Of a stretch of DNA of 64,000 bases, positions 25,435 through 40,459 are shown piece by piece (position 1 is the first letter of the stretch; each line of letters begins with the position of its first letter). The notes below the pieces were generated by a model, which was not told the origin of the DNA, did no database searches, and saw only the letters and a list, made by a program, of their open reading frames with translations. The translations under genes were made by a program, and so were the position numbers. Location of the stretch: the NCBI GenBank assembly GCA_951406725.2, contig OX597815.1, positions 66,340,001 to 66,404,000 on the forward strand, written 5' to 3'. Source of the DNA: Octopus vulgaris (lineage: Eukaryota).

Positions 25435-26069
25435 GCTGTTAGTTCATCTTTGGTGTTGCAAGGAGTTTTGTTGGTCTCTCACTTAACTGTGCCCCACACA
25501 TAATAATCAAGGGGGTTGCAGTCTGGAGAGTTAGGTGACCAGATGTTAGGGGTGATGTGGTCACAGAAATTGTGTGACAGCCATGACTGGGTTCTCCTGC
25601 TTGTGTAGCATGGTGCAGAGTCCTGTTGCTAGACATAGGATCTTTCAGCAGCCGCCTGCTTGACCCAGGGAGTACTACCTCCTCCAGGCACTTGATGTAG
25701 GCCTCCGTGTTGAGCCTGAGGCTGTGTGGGAATATGAATGGAGGTATAACTAGTGATCACTCGAAACACCATGATGTTGACTGAATATTTAAGTCTTATC
25801 ACTCTCAGTACATGTTTTGGAGAAACAGCAAGCCAACAGTTGTTGTGTGTGTTCACCATCTGTTCCTATTGGAGCTTCCAGTGCAAATGCCAAGCAGTAT
25901 AACATGCCATTTCCAAATTTCTGGCAGAGTGAATTGCATCATGGTGGTGTTTTTCTCACAGACGGTGGTCATTTGACCCTACTGTACTGTGTAGTCAACA
26001 AAATCAAAACAAACAATGCGCATGCACAAAATTAAGAATACAAAATGGTGACAATTTACCCTTCACACC

Positions 26070-26075
<6 letters not shown>
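25435..26075 (-). mobile_element. Tc1/mariner-superfamily transposase remnant, internally deleted
   Basis: Minus strand encodes 'QQDSAPC', 'WSPNSPDCNPLDYYVWG' and 'IMVFRVITS'. End 'tacagggtgtgaagggtaaattg' abuts (TA)n. Confidence 0.75.
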
Positions 26076-26114
<39 letters not shown>

Positions 26115-28928
26115 CATGCACATGGTAATGTGGTTTGCTTCAAATCCAGTTTAGAATCCACTCACGCTGTGTGGCACTTTCAACTGACGTTTTTGTTTTT
26201 AACTACAGAGGTGCCATACTAGTGCACATGAATGATAAAATATAAGGATTTAAGATATCAAGGCTTTGTGAGTGAAATGAGTTAATGGAAATTGTAAGAA
26301 GCCTGTCATATAGATGTGTGTGTCTTCTTATATTAATGTTTGCCCACTTGTGCATGCTAACTGAAAACAAAGTCACCACACTATACAAATGGTATCATTT
26401 GTTTATGATCTGGCCAGTGAACCATTTGCTGGTTTAGAGAAAATATTACCTGGTAATATTACAAGTAAGGGTTGACAACAGGAAGAGCACCCATCTGCAG
26501 AAAAATCTGTGTCAAGTATAATATAACCCATGCAAGCTTGGAGAAGAGAACATTATATCAATGATGATGGTGATGATGTATGTATGTGTGTGTCAGTGCT
26601 TGTGTATACATGTGTAATTATCTGGTGTTGGGTTGCTTCATTTATCTCAGAAAACAACTGGGACATTCAAAAAATATAAAGTTGAAATAAAGTGAAGTAA
26701 GCAACTTGATCAATTAAAGTCCTTGAAGGTACTCTTGCATGTTAGTCACAATCCAATGATTGTTAGTGCTGAAATTTTTAATCATTAAACACAAATTGAT
26801 AAAATCAGGAAACAAATCAATATTTATGTAATCAATATTGTCTGTCATTTTATATTTCAACTTAAAGTAGAGATTTATCTGTAACATTCAAAAAATATTT
26901 CTCCTTTGGCCATGAAATTAGCAAGTAGCTTGTTCTGTATTATTTCTAATTGACTTTTGTAGAAGAAAGCCATATTTGCTATAAGCACTGTGACAACTGG
27001 TGAAGTGTACTCTTCAATCCTTCTGTTACAATGAGTGTGGGTAGGTGTAGCTGAGGTATTAATTGTTACGGAAATACTTCTGAACTCCACCAGTAAATGT
27101 GAGCTGAATACTATTAGTAAATTCAATCACAGCTATATAGTGCCAGCAAGAGAACTACAACATAATTGCTCAGCTTGCTGAAATAGCAGCTAAATCTCTC
27201 ACAAATCTCACCATACTGTCTTGAAAAAGAAAAAGTCATTAAATAATGCAATACTAGATATCCCTAACAAGATAGCATAGTCAGGACTACCTACTTGATC
27301 AATACCTTTGATCATAAACCTCTTTGATCAATAAAAATAATTATTCATGTATCAAACACATATGTCAATGTGTTTTCTGCTATAACTACTAAATGAAACA
27401 CAAATGGAATAAATTCAATTGAATATTTTTTTCTCACTTATAAAAATCATCATTGTCGTTAACATCCGGTTTCAAAGCTGGCATGGATTGGACCATTTGA
27501 CAGGAATTTAAGGCACTGGAAGCAGTTAAAACAGACATTGGAACACAATGTCCCAGTGTCTGTTTTTGGCACATTTTCCGTGACTGGAAGCCCTTCTTAA
27601 TGCCAACCACTTTTTAGAGCGTACTAGGTGCATTTTTCACAGCACCAGTTCTAGTAAAGATTGCCTTGTAACTTGAAAAGCTAAGGGTCTGGTATCCCCT
27701 CTAATTAGAGAATAAAAGATAGAGTGAGCAATGATTCTAGATGGAAAGATGAAAGAGGGTAAGTAAGATGAGAGGAACAGATTTTTTATTGTAAATGGGT
27801 AGTAGTGGGGAGAATAAGAGTTGTACAAGTACCACTAATTAGGTAGTGTATAGCAGGGAACAAGGGAAAAGGGAAGGGATTAGTGATAGGGTTTTGTGAA
27901 AAAAGGTGGGGTTAGAGTGGAAAGGTGAAGGGTGGTTATCTGTACCGCGCAGAGGAGATGGTCTGTTGTCCTCCATGGGGGAAGGTCACAGATCAGCCAA
28001 GCATGGGAAGGTCACACTCCAAGCCTGAACTTAAAGAAGGTGCAGAACCCCCCCCCCCAGGAAAAGGAAACAACCACCATCTAACCATCCAGAGTACCCT
28101 CTGACCAACTGACTAACACCAAAGTGTGTGCCATGGAGGGTTCCACCTAGCAGTGCATCCACACACCATCAGTTGTGAGTCCTGACAGTAAAGCCTGGTT
28201 GTGCATCCACCCACCCAAGTCAACAAATCATAACACACCAGGCACCATTTGTGAAAAGGACATAGATTAGAGTACAGATGAATCCTGAGAGAGTCATTGA
28301 AGAAAGGAAAGATGTGGTGCAGGGCAGATGGAGAATGATGAGAAAGAGTGTTAAGGATGTGGGGAAGTTTTAGGTGGAAGGTAGTGAAGGAAAGGGATGC
28401 TAGAGGGTACTACAGGGGCATAGGAAAGGGGAACAAAAGATGGATGCAGTGTGTACAGTGAAGGAAAGAAAGGCTTGAGGGCATCCTAGAAGTATAACAG
28501 TAGATAGTGAGATTAAGAGGAGCTGTTGGGTAGCAATAGAGGTAACTTTGGAGTCATCCTCCATATATATCACATGCTTGTACCAGCACAACCTCCTCTC
28601 TTGCACACTACATCTGATTCTTCTTATAACAAGTTTTTCTTTTAGCTCATTTGTGCTCTGACATCCATCACAGCATGCTACCTTCATTTCTTTCCAATCG
28701 TTACAAGTCTTCTACACTCAAGCACCATTTAAACATTGGGTGATATGCTGTGCTTGAGAAGACCTGTCAAGCTAAGTGAAACCATAGTCATGGCTGATGC
28801 CAGTACCATCTGACTGGGATCCATGCCAGTAGCATGTAAAAAGCACCATTCAAGCGTTGGGCCTCACAGAGGCAGTGACAAGTGACTGAGACATTTGGTA
28901 ATATACTGAACATGTGTAGACCTTATTT

Positions 28929-29410
28929 ACATTATTTACAATTGATGGTTATTTGTCCTCATCTTGTTTGTTGTTAACACAATGTTTCGGCTGATATACC
29001 CTCCAGCTTTCATCAGGTGTCTTGGAGAAATTTTGAACCTGGGTTCTCATTCCTAAGATATTTTTCAACGTTGTTGTTATTATTATTATTATTATTATTC
29101 AGGTCACTGCCTGGAATCAAACTCAGAATCTTGGGGTTAGTAGCCCATGCTCTTAACCACTACACTATATGCCCATAGTGGTTAAGAGCACGGCTACTAA
29201 CCCCAAGATTCTGAGTTCAATTCCAGGCAGTGACCTGAATAATAATAGTAATAACATCAAAAAATACCTTAGAAATTTCCCCAAGACACCTGATGAAGGC
29301 TGGAAGGTATATCAGCTGAAACGTTGTGTAACAACAAACAAGATGAGGACAAATATCTGTCAAATGTAAATAATGTGCATAATTCCTCATCTCTTAAATA
29401 TAGAACTGTA
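28929..29410. mobile_element. Palindromic tRNA-head plus hammerhead element, copy 1
   Basis: Inverted arms ~28929-29162 and 29176-29376. tRNA-like A/B boxes at the centre, one HHR core per arm, unpaired tail to 29410. Flanking ATGTGTAGACCT (28912) and ATGTTTAGACCT (29413). Confidence 0.85.
29285..29329 (+). ncRNA. Minimal type I hammerhead ribozyme
   Basis: GACAC-CUGAUGA-A-GGCUG(loop)CAGCU-GAA-ACGU-U-GUGU. A mutated mirror copy lies on the minus strand at 28976-29021. Confidence 0.78.
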
Positions 29411-29670
29411 TTATGTTTAGACCTGTCAAGCTTAGTTAGATCCTAGTCATGGCCAATGCTTGTTTTACATCAATTGCACCAGTACCAGTGGCACATAAAA
29501 AGCACCCACTACACTCTTGGAGTGATTGGCATTAGGAAAGGCATCCAGCCATTAAATGATGATGTCTCACTATTCTCCTGCTCCAGATTTGTCCCCAAAA
29601 GGTATAAATTAATGTAATTGTGTCATTATAGATCAGAGGTGTCAAATATACAATTTGACACCTCTAATAT

Positions 29671-29739
<69 letters not shown>

Positions 29740-30052
29740 TGTGGAAATGGATGCGCTAGGTGTGCAACAAAATTATCCTTTTGGTTGTGGATCTTAATAG
29801 TAATCATGTTAAACTCCTTCTGTTACATGATCCCATAGGGCACTGTGCGATTTAAATAGGGCTTTAACATAATGTCAGGCATAGATGTATTATAAGAGAA
29901 AAGCATGAAGCATGAATTTGTTATTCTTTTATTTCATTTGTTACATGTGTTTCTCTGTTCAATAATTGATTTTATCATATTATAAATGCAATTTACAGAG
30001 AGCATTTTTCATATATATATAATGGAATGATTACTATGAAGCATTGTGTAGA

Positions 30053-30263
30053 ATATATTATATAAAGGATCGTGGGTAAGGCCAAAACAATGCAAAGTAA
30101 ATGCAAGCTAAATTACAAGAAAACAAATATGTGAATTAATGTAGACTTACCTTGTATTCAATATTTCGGGGTTATGACTCCATTTCAATTTCTTGAAAAT
30201 GTGATATACCTTGCATTTACTTCACATTGTTTTGGTCTTACCCATGATTCTTTATACAATATA
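30053..30263. repeat. Inverted-repeat (MITE-like) element with ~60-bp arms
   Basis: tataaaggatcgtgggtaaggccaaaacaatgcaaagtaaatgcaag versus cttgcatttacttcacattgttttggtcttacccatgattctttata. Confidence 0.8.
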
Positions 30264-30311
30264 TATATATATATATAAAGTTAATCCAAACATGAAAACA
30301 CAAAGAGAAAA

Positions 30312-30342
30312 CACGTTTCGAGCAGAGCTCTTCGTCAGAAAC
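30312..30342 (-). ncRNA. Hammerhead core remnant in a small repeat (30276-30413) embedded in (TA)n
   Basis: Minus strand GUUU-CUGACGA-A-GAGC-UCU-GCUC-GAA-ACGU-G. The 3' strand of stem I and the NUH site are lost. Confidence 0.6.
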
Positions 30343-31329
30343 ATAGGAAAAGGAAAGCTCCAAGGAAGGGAAGACGGAGGAAAAAAAATCGCCAACGATA
30401 CACACGTGGTCACATATATATATATATATATATATGTACACACACACACACATACACAATATTTTTTTCAAATCATTTAAAGCACTTTCCTATTTGGTTA
30501 CATTAGTAATTTTATTATTGGTTTGTTCTGGAGGTTCAGACTGTGCCCCCACAGCCTTTGCATTCCCCTTAAGACTGGTTAAATCAACAGGTTAACATTG
30601 CTCTTAAGCAAGTTAAAATATTGTGTTTTAAATTAATCAATTGCAAGCAGTCTTTTCTACTGAAATATGAAGACATTACAAGTGAATGGTATCAACTGTC
30701 TCAAAGTAAATGTTAATTATTTAAAAAAAAAAAATAGCAATATTCAATTGCCATAACTGTATCACAATAGTGAGTAACCTTCTCAAGTTAACATTTACTA
30801 ATCAATGGTATCAGTTTTCAATAGAGAATGAAATACTTTGCAGGAAATCTACTACTATATGCATGCACCATTACTAGTGCAACAGATCTTAATGCATATT
30901 TTGGCAAATGTTCATGCACAAAATATCCAATGTTTGCTACATTTTTTGTTAGGTTTTCTCAGATATATTTGCAATTTTGTAAAAAGAAATGACTTTTCAA
31001 ATAGACATATTGGAATATATGAATATATGTTTGAATATGTATTTGTACATATATTTAATTTATTTGTTGTTGGGGCTTGAGTAATGTGAAGATGTAGAAA
31101 AGCAAACAAGATGTTTTCCCATATTTATTTAGTCTGCTGTGTTGTTGTTTTGAGTTTAATGCCAAGCAGGACTAGAATTTACTGTTCATCCCTCCTAAAT
31201 TAATAAAATTAGTGTTAATCCATAATAAAACTAATGTTAAATCTGGTTTGACACTATTCACATAAAAAAATGAGTTTTGTATCAATTTAAAAAATATTAA
31301 TGTTTCTGGTTAAAATAAATTAGTGTATA

Positions 31330-31712
31330 GGTATGGTTGTGTGATTGGTATGGCTGTGTGATTAAGAAGCTCACCTTGCAATCACATAGTTTTTGAGTTC
31401 AGTCTTGCTGCACAGCATCTTGGATACATGTCTTCTACTATAGCCCTGGGTCAACCAATATCTTGTGAGTCAATTTGGTAGATAGAAACTTGGTGAAAAT
31501 CTGTGCGTGTGTGTGTGTTTTCCCCACTGCTTGACAATCAGGGTTGATTTATTTATGTCCCCATTACTTATGGTCCATCAAAAGGCACTGATAGAATAAG
31601 TTCTAAACTTTTAAAAAATAAGTACTGGGGTCAACCTATTTGACTAAACCCCCCAAGGCAGTGCCCCAGCATGGCTACAGCCCAGTGACTGAAACAAATA
31701 AAACATAAAAGA
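31330..31712 (+). mobile_element. tRNA-derived SINE
   Basis: Head 'tggctgtgtgattaagaagct...gagttcagtc', core 'tgtcttctactatagcc', tail 'ccagcatggctacag...tgactgaaacaaataaaa'. Confidence 0.8.
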
Positions 31713-31971
31713 AAAGGAGTAAGATTGTCTACTTTTAATTTCCAGATGTAGTGCTATCACTTTATTTATACAGTTGAAACACAGAATGAATACCACACAA
31801 TCTTATTTCTCTCTCCTGAGATGTTTTACTGATGTAAGAATTAACTGTTTATTATATTTTTTTATATATTTATAATAAATGTTGTTTCTGTATAAATATT
31901 ATGAGTCATTGCATTGAAATATACAACTTTATAATTATGTTTACTTCACTCTTTCTCTCTCTTTCTGACAG

Positions 31972-32040
31972 TGAGGAATGTGCAGAACAAACTAAATCTT
32001 TTATAACATCTGTTATTGTTGGGAAAGACATTGTGCCAAG
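31972..32040 (+). CDS. DAGLA: DAGL exon E with the catalytic Asp (SEECAEQTKSFITSVIVGKDIVPR)
   Basis: Pyrimidine tract plus cAG acceptor, GTAGGT donor, 69 bp, phase 2/2, compatible with exon D. Contains GKD.VPR. Confidence 0.94.
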
Positions 32041-32343
32041 GTAGGTTATAACAATGTACTGTTGTAGACACATCTTAAACTGTTATGGTTTATATATTTA
32101 TTTTTTTCTAGTTACCTTCATCTCTTTATCTCTTACTTAACAACTGTAACATTCTACTTCTTTTAATAATAAATGTAGTTTTAACTTAAAATTACTGTGA
32201 TGATATGGACAAAACTTTTTTAGCCATTTTTCTCTTTATTTCTAATAATATTTAATAATCAAAATTTCACAACATATTTCTACTGTCAACATTAGTCCTT
32301 GAAGAACCAGTGATGACAGTAGTCTCTTGTAACAGTTTCTTCG

Positions 32344-32393
<50 letters not shown>

Positions 32394-32399
<6 letters not shown>

Positions 32400-33015
32400 A
32401 AATGGAAAGATGAGTTATCTTGTTACGGATTACTCAAAAGTTTAACCGATACCTGGGTAGCAAAAATCACAGCAGAAAAAACACGGTTGGAGATATGACC
32501 ATATGGTGTTGCAACCGTGCGTTGGCGCGGATAATTGAAGTTTAGTATAATTAGTGAATGGAAGAAATGGAGTTGAACGAAGATTGTACAGAATTCCTTT
32601 TATTACATTCTACACATGTTTCAAAGGCCACAATTTTCCAAATTCTGATTAAATAAGGATACCATATTGCAGCTTTCTCTTCAGGAAAAACCAGGAATTA
32701 CGTTGTCAGAACAAAACAAAACAAAGGCGCAGCAAAGCAATTCGAACGAGGATGCTCCTTAAGAGCCCAAGGATAAACATTTTACCCATGGGCTCTTAAG
32801 GAGCGTCCTCGTTCGAATTGCTTTGCTGCGCCTTTGTTTTGTTTTGTTCTGACAACGTAATTCCTGGTTTTTCCTGAAGAGAAAGCTGCAATATGGTATC
32901 CTTATTTAATCAGAATTTGGAAAATTGTGGCCTTTGAAACATGTGTAGAATGTAATAAAAGGAATTCTGTACAATCTTCGTTCAACTCCATTTCTTCCAT
33001 TCACTAATTATACTA
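32394..33015. mobile_element. Young palindromic HHR-bearing element (227-bp arms 32543-32769 and 32789-33015, plus an unpaired tail 32394-32542) inserted in (TA)n
   Basis: The arms are reverse complements with one mismatch noticed, around a 19-bp spacer. Each arm carries CTGAAGA...GAAAC. Confidence 0.9.
32871..32950 (+). ncRNA. Type I hammerhead ribozyme with an extended stem II
   Basis: UUC-CUGAAGA-GAAAGCUGCAAU(31-nt loop)AUUGUGGCCUUU-GAAAC-AUGU-GUA-GAA. Identical mirror on the minus strand at 32608-32687. Confidence 0.7.
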
Positions 33016-33448
33016 TATATATATATATATATAATATACAAAATATACATGTATATGTGTGTGTGTGTATGTATATATATATATATATATATATATAATG
33101 TATATATGTAGTGGGAGGAGCATTGGAATTCATTATATCATTATCCACCCACTAGGAAGCAGTGCAGAATTATGCTGAAATGATTGTTGTGATAAATAAA
33201 GTTTCCAGCATGCTCTGTCTTCCATATCAATTATTTAGAATATACTCAATGTGCACCAAGGAATTCCTAATGTAGATCCAGCAACAAATGTACATTTACT
33301 GTGGATAATGCCATGTACTTTAAAAGGTTAACATGCTCTGCCAACACACTACTAAGGACATACCCAAAATACAGTTTGGATGCAAAATTTTAATTATAAA
33401 GTATGTATATCATTTAACATCCACCTTCCGTGCTGGCATAGGTGGGAC

Positions 33449-33480
<32 letters not shown>

Positions 33481-33787
33481 ATAATCGAAATATTAAGAAG
33501 ACAAAGAAATCCTTTAACACATCTTTAATGATTCATTCCTATTGTTTCTATACCAACTCTGTTTGCAATGCCTGTTTATGCAAAAATTTGTAGTGAAAAT
33601 TTACATAATCTTTGTGGTTATAGACATTAGTGTGGCACTTCATCATACAATGTGCAAGTGCACATTTCACACAAATCTCATAATGTACCTCTCTAATGTC
33701 TAAAACTGCAAACATTACATAAAGTTTCACTTCCAGGATCTGCCACACCTGAACAAATTTGGTATTGTATATATATGTATATGTATA

Positions 33788-33838
<51 letters not shown>

Positions 33839-33841
33839 TTA

Positions 33842-36078
<2,237 letters not shown>

Positions 36079-36263
36079 TAAATATTACTTCATTTGTGTC
36101 TAATATCTATGGTTAAAAATATATGAATTGTCATGGGAGTTATGGTCCTTATGCATAGAATATAGTTTCCAAATTTCATAAAGATCCATTGAATACTTTT
36201 GACCTAGTTTTGGATCATAAAAGAAATTACTAAAATTTGAGAGTTAAGGCCCTCATTAGGGTG

Positions 36264-36312
<49 letters not shown>

Positions 36313-36479
36313 CAAAATGAGAAAATGGAGAAACATACCTAAATCAATCATCAACCATCAGATAATACCCAATCAATACTTTATTAAACCATTACATAAC
36401 AGCAATGACATTATCCATAATATATTGCAAATATAACTAGACATGGAAATAGAAAGAGAGAGAGAGAGAGAGAGATACA

Positions 36480-37145
36480 CACATATACAAAGATAAATTG
36501 ATAGATACAACTGAGCAGGCAAACAAAAATATGAGACACAGCCTAGTGCTTTTTTTTATGTTGATAAGCCTGTTACTTATTCTATTAGTTCTTGTGACAC
36601 CAGTAAGTTATGGGGATGTAAATAAATGAACAGCAGTTGTGAAGCAGTGATGAGGGCGAAACCCAGAGACAAAGACACACACATACACTTACATATATAC
36701 ATACATATATATACGATAGATTTGTTTCAGTTCCTGTCTACGAAATCCACACACACACACACTCACAGAAAGATAAATTGATAGATACAACTGAGCAGGC
36801 AAACAAAAATATGAGACACTTCCTAGTGCTTTTTCATTTTGATAAACCTGTTACTTATTCTATCAGTTTCTTCTTGTGAAACCAGTAAGTTATGGGGATG
36901 TAAATAAACGAACACCAGGTGTGAAGCAGTGATGAGGGAGAAACACAAAGACACACACATAGACTTACATACATATATATACAATTGATTTCTTTCAGTT
37001 TGTCTCTACAACATCCACTGACAAGTCTTTGGTTGGTCTGCGGCTATAGCAGAAGACACATGCCAAGTTACCACACAGTGGGACTGAACTGAGGACCATG
37101 TGTTTTGGAACCAAGTTTGTTACCACACAGCCACACCTGCACCTA
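36480..37145 (-). mobile_element. tRNA-SINE with a local tandem duplication (~36488-36750 and ~36770-37020)
   Basis: 'aagataaattgatagatacaactgagcaggcaaacaaaaatatgagacac' occurs twice. The SINE head lies at ~37070-37145 on the minus strand. Confidence 0.75.
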
Positions 37146-37329
37146 TGTATGTGTGTGTTTGGGGGGGGTGTATGGGTGTATATATGTATGCATGTATATA
37201 TGTGTATATATATGTGTACATATTACATATACATCTATGGTTCATCCCTCTTCTATAATAGTTTCAATATTAAAGTGAAAGTATCTGACATTACAATAGA
37301 GAGATGTTTTTGTTTCACTTTTAACACAT

Positions 37330-37534
37330 AATACTGTAATAGTGGAGAAGATGTGATATTGCTGTGGGTTTGCCCTAAGCAAGAAGTTAAAAAACTTTTT
37401 TTTTTGCCCATGACACTACATGGACCCTACGTAAGGCATGTGTAAAATTTGAATGAAATTGGTTGTGTAGTTCTCAAGTTTTAGGGATTCACACAGACAG
37501 ACAGACACACATGCTCAGTTTTATATATATAGAT
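37330..37534 (+). mobile_element. Helentron/Helitron-associated non-autonomous element end (HINE/DINE-like)
   Basis: 'aaaatttgaatgaaattggttgtgtagttctcaagtt...acagacagacagac...ttttatatatatagat' is a typical terminus. Confidence 0.55.
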
Positions 37535-38529
37535 ATTCTAGGTGTGCTACTAACAAACTTGTACACTATGTCTATAGGGTTCACATTGTTTTTATCATTC
37601 ATAAATATTTTATGCTTCCATTTCATATATATGTAATCAAAGTGTGAATGTGTGGCCTACAAGTTAGTGTTAAACTTGTGAGCAATTCAATTCCTAGACA
37701 GAGAAATTCATAAGGGTCTTTGAACAAAGTACTTCATTTCACATTCTAGACTGCTCAGCAAAAAGATGAACACCAGTCTAGTGCTAGTGTGGTCCTCTCT
37801 CTTACTCTTTATCACATGTGGATATTTTGCTGGGTTAAGGGATTGAGATGTAGTCTATGTCTGTTTATGATATCTACACAGGCACCTAAGATAATTAGAG
37901 AAAGCACAGTATATTGCTGTTGAATCATACCTGCACTTGAATGATGGCTGGTAGTATATTATCAAATAATGTTCATGGCATTATTTAGACATCATGCTCA
38001 GCACATTATGCTTCTGATTGCACCTCCTATAAACCCATTAACATCACAAATTTTATAAATTTTCTTGAAATCTAAGAACATTTTATAAGTAAAGCACTAA
38101 TAAGTTTACTGATTACACTTCCATGGTTACATTTACAAGTTACAATAAATTTACTGATTTCAACTCTTTTTATGTTTACATCATATATTTATTATTGTTA
38201 TCATTTTTCTTTGATAGTTTCACGTGGGTTTCTATTGCACCACCTGGTGCACATGTGTACCCGAGTTATGTCAAGCATTGTGTTCTTATTTTTGTAGGGA
38301 TTGGGAGAGTATAACCTCTTCTTGATGGTGTACTGAATTAGTTTGTTTTGTAATGGAGTTTAGTTTATTGTTTCTTGGTATATTAGTGTATGTTCTATTA
38401 TGTGTGGTGTGTGTATTGTAGGTTGTGTTATTCTATTGGGCAACATTGTACTCTTGTAGAGTATATGTTGCATGAGGTGTGTTGTTTTAGATTATTATTA
38501 TTATATCTTTTATTTATTTTGTTTCTCAG

Positions 38530-38602
38530 GATTGGCCTGTCTCAACTGGAACTTCTTCGAACAGATCTTATTAATGTCATAAAAATAAATGAAAGCCCAA
38601 AG
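38530..38602 (+). CDS. DAGLA: DAGL exon F (RIGLSQLELLRTDLINVIKINESPK)
   Basis: ctcAG acceptor, GTAAGT donor, 73 bp, phase 2/0. 'RIGLSQLE' matches DAGL-alpha. Confidence 0.94.
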
Positions 38603-38718
38603 GTAAGTTTTTTTTAAAAAATATATTTATTATAGGAGTAGGCATGACTATGTGGTTTAAGAAATTTGTTTTGTAACCACATGGTTCCAAGTTTGATCTT
38701 ACTTTCATCTTAGAAGAG

Positions 38719-39135
38719 GTACATTATTTACATTCAATGGATATTTGTCCTCATCTTGTTTGTTGTTAACACAATGTTTCAGTTGATATACCCTCCAGCC
38801 TTCTTCAGGTGTCTTGGAAATTTCAAACCTGGGTTCTCATTCCTAAGGTATTTTCCGTTGTTGTTGTTGTTCAGGTCACTGCTTGGAATCGAACTTAGAA
38901 TCTTGGGGTTAGTAGCCCACGCTCTTAACCACTACGCCATATACCCGTGGGCATATGACATATAGTGGTTACCTTAGGAATGAGAACCCAGGTTCGAAAT
39001 TTCCCCCAAGACACCTGAAGAAGGCTGAAGGGTATATCAGCCGAAACGTTGTGTTAACAACAAACAAGATGAGGACAAATATCCATTGAATCTAAATAAT
39101 GTACATAATTCCTCATCCCTTAAATATAAAACTGT
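38719..39135. mobile_element. Palindromic tRNA-head plus hammerhead element, copy 2, nested in an older SINE
   Basis: Same family as 28929-29410. Centre at ~38944-38951. Full tRNA-like head on the minus strand (38874-38946), deleted in the right arm. TSD ATCTTAGAAGAG (38707) and ATCTTAGAAAAG (39136). Confidence 0.88.
39010..39055 (+). ncRNA. Intact minimal type I hammerhead ribozyme
   Basis: GACAC-CUGAAGA-A-GGCUG-AAGGGUAUAU-CAGCC-GAA-ACGU-U-GUGUU. All core nucleotides are present, stems I and II pair, and stem III is the palindrome ACGU. Mutated mirror at 38768-38813(-). Confidence 0.85.
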
Positions 39136-39272
39136 ATCTTAGAAAAGGGTTTTCTACTATCCCCTTGACTTGGCTAGATTTGAAACCATTTTTATGATAA
39201 TAAGCAGTGACACTCATTTATAATCATCATGTGATATCATAACCAAAGAGAGGGAGATACATACACATATAC

Positions 39273-39375
<103 letters not shown>

Positions 39376-40459
39376 AGGCTCCTTTCAGTTTCCATCTACC
39401 ATATCCATTCACAAGGCTTTGGTCAGCACAAAGCTGTAGTAAAAGTTACTTGCCAAAGTGCCTCATAGTTGGATTGAACCTGAAACCATTTAGTTGACAA
39501 GCAAACTACTTGACCACACAACTATGCCTGCACCTATAGCCACTATCATCACCCTTAGTTTTACCTCACCTTTTCCATGCTTGCATGGGTCAGAGAGATC
39601 CTTTCCAACATAGTATCTCTCCATTGTATTCTTTTATCACCTCTTTTGTGAGAATCAGCACTCTGAGGTTAGTTTTTACTACTCTACGTCTTCTTTGGTC
39701 ATCCCCTTTCACAATTTCCTTCCACTTGCATCTCCTGGCACATCTTAAGCCATCTGTTATCCTGTTACATGTCACATACCTCTATTACTGCAGGTCTTCA
39801 TTCTTACATACCACAACTGATTTCTCTTATACCTAGTTTATCTCTCAACTCATCTGTACCATGTTGTTCACACACACTTAGATTACACATCAAGCAGAGC
39901 ATGCTTACTCTATTTTTCTCCAAACATATCACCAACTGATTAATACCTGCAGCCTGTTGATCAAATCTACTTTTAATGTTTGGGTATATGGACATAATGT
40001 TGGTTTTTTAGGCTTGATGGTGAATCTTAGGATTGCTCATTCCTACTAGTGCAGTCTATAGAAATCATATTCTCTCTTCAACTTCTCTATTATCACAAAT
40101 AGTAAACAATAATTTTCAATTTATTAAAATATGTTTTATCAACAGAAACATTATTAGTACATGATATATTTATATTTCATCATCATTGTTTAACATTCAT
40201 GTTCTGTGCTAGCATGGTTTGACAAGAACTGATATGTCTAAGGACTGCACCATGCTCCAGTATCTGCTTTGGCATAGTTTCTATGGGTGGCTGCCCTTCC
40301 TTATGCCAACCACTTTACATAATATTTTGAATACTGCTTTCATGCCACTAGCACTAGTGAGACCACCATGCAGTTTGCAAGACCACAAACTTCAAGGCAG
40401 GGGTTTGCTTTATGCTAGGAGATAAAAAATATGATGCTGATTGTCTGCTGATATCTATA

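Noticed and set aside
30160-30195. HHR-like remnant inside the 30.1-kb inverted repeat (minus strand TTGAAAT-GGAGT...ACCCC-GAAA)
   Set aside because: The core is too degenerate and stem I is unsupported.
38390-38617. 75-aa ORF as a standalone gene
   Set aside because: Only the 3' part (38530-38602) is coding, as DAGL exon F. The rest is intron read-through.
38874-38946. Possible tRNA gene (CTACTAA loop), also at 29102-29174 and 29176-29235
   Set aside because: A/B boxes are present, but the acceptor and T stems do not pair. It is a SINE head within a repeat.
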